Part shown: positions 63,458 to 64,000 of the stretch, piece after piece
How positions within the stretch are numbered: position 1 is the first letter of the stretch
Layout: every line of letters starts with the position of its first letter
The notes under the pieces: model-generated
Databases searched by the model: none
The model's input: the letters and a program-made list of their open reading frames with translations, nothing else
What the model was told of the DNA's origin: nothing
NCBI GenBank assembly: GCA_051362555.1
Contig: CM120641.1
Location: forward strand, 17,856,001-17,920,000
Direction: 5' to 3'
DNA: 64,000 bases
Source of the DNA: Lingula anatina
Taxonomy: Eukaryota > Animalia > Brachiopoda
Program-made: the position numbers and the translations under genes

Positions 63458-63690
63458 CAGGGGCGGATCCAGGATTATTTAAAGTTGGGGGAGGGGGGGC
63501 GCGGTTGGGAAGCCGATCCTCTTCCCCCCCCCCCCCCCCCATCCCCCGCTTTCTTGGCCGGGTGTTCGGGGCCTGCCGAAGAGCCCCGAATTTTTTTGGT
63601 ATTTTAGAGGGCGAACGGTACCATTTGGTACGGTTTAGATCTATGATTTCGATAGTCAAAATTATCATTTCAAGGGGGGACCATGGGTGT
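63458..63690. mobile_element. Partial CAGGGGCGGATCC MITE
   Basis: Left TIR present. The interior resembles 53757-53976 (GCCCCG.A..TTTTTGGT.TTTT.GAGGGC). Right end not found. Confidence 0.55.
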
Positions 63691-64000
63691 GATTTTTTTC
63701 GGTTTGGATTTTTGTGAACTCAAAAACGCTCTTATGCAGTCACATTTCAAAGTACTTAAAAATGAAGAAAAATACTCTCTTAAAACTACATTATTTAGGC
63801 TCACATTATTCTTTGAAAATACTGGAAATTGGGGCTGCTCGGTGCGGCAAAATATATATCCATTTGCAAAAACCTGAAAAAAAAAACGCTAAAATGAAAA
63901 GATAAACGAACCTTCCAAGATATCAAAACTTCATTTCTTTTTGTCTTTCGGCAATCAAAGATAAATGTTGAATATTGCCCTCTCCGAGGCATTATCCACT

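Overview
AT-rich eukaryotic genomic DNA from an invertebrate metazoan, probably a lophotrochozoan such as a mollusc (inferred from the repeat types). Seven spliced genes were reconstructed by hand, all with GT-AG introns and consistent exon phases: ZFYVE21 (-, 7 exons); a plant/fungal-type ADP/ATP carrier (+) nested antisense in ZFYVE21 intron 1; two tandem RDH11/12/13-like short-chain dehydrogenases (+, 7 exons each; the first is head-to-head with ZFYVE21); an unrecognised 106-aa single-TM protein (-, 3 coding exons); GCHFR (-, 3 exons); and an RMDN2/3-like gene (+) that is head-to-head with GCHFR and runs past the window end. From about 29 kb to 62 kb the sequence is dominated by Helentron-associated non-autonomous elements (HINE/DINE-1 architecture) with internal tandem arrays. 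These are nested in each other and carry further DNA-transposon MITEs with 2-, 3- and 5-bp TSDs; MITEs with 4-, 8- and 9-bp TSDs and one LINE 3' remnant lie elsewhere. Most ORFs in the supplied track are exon read-throughs or repeat artefacts. Family assignments come from recalled motifs, not database searches.
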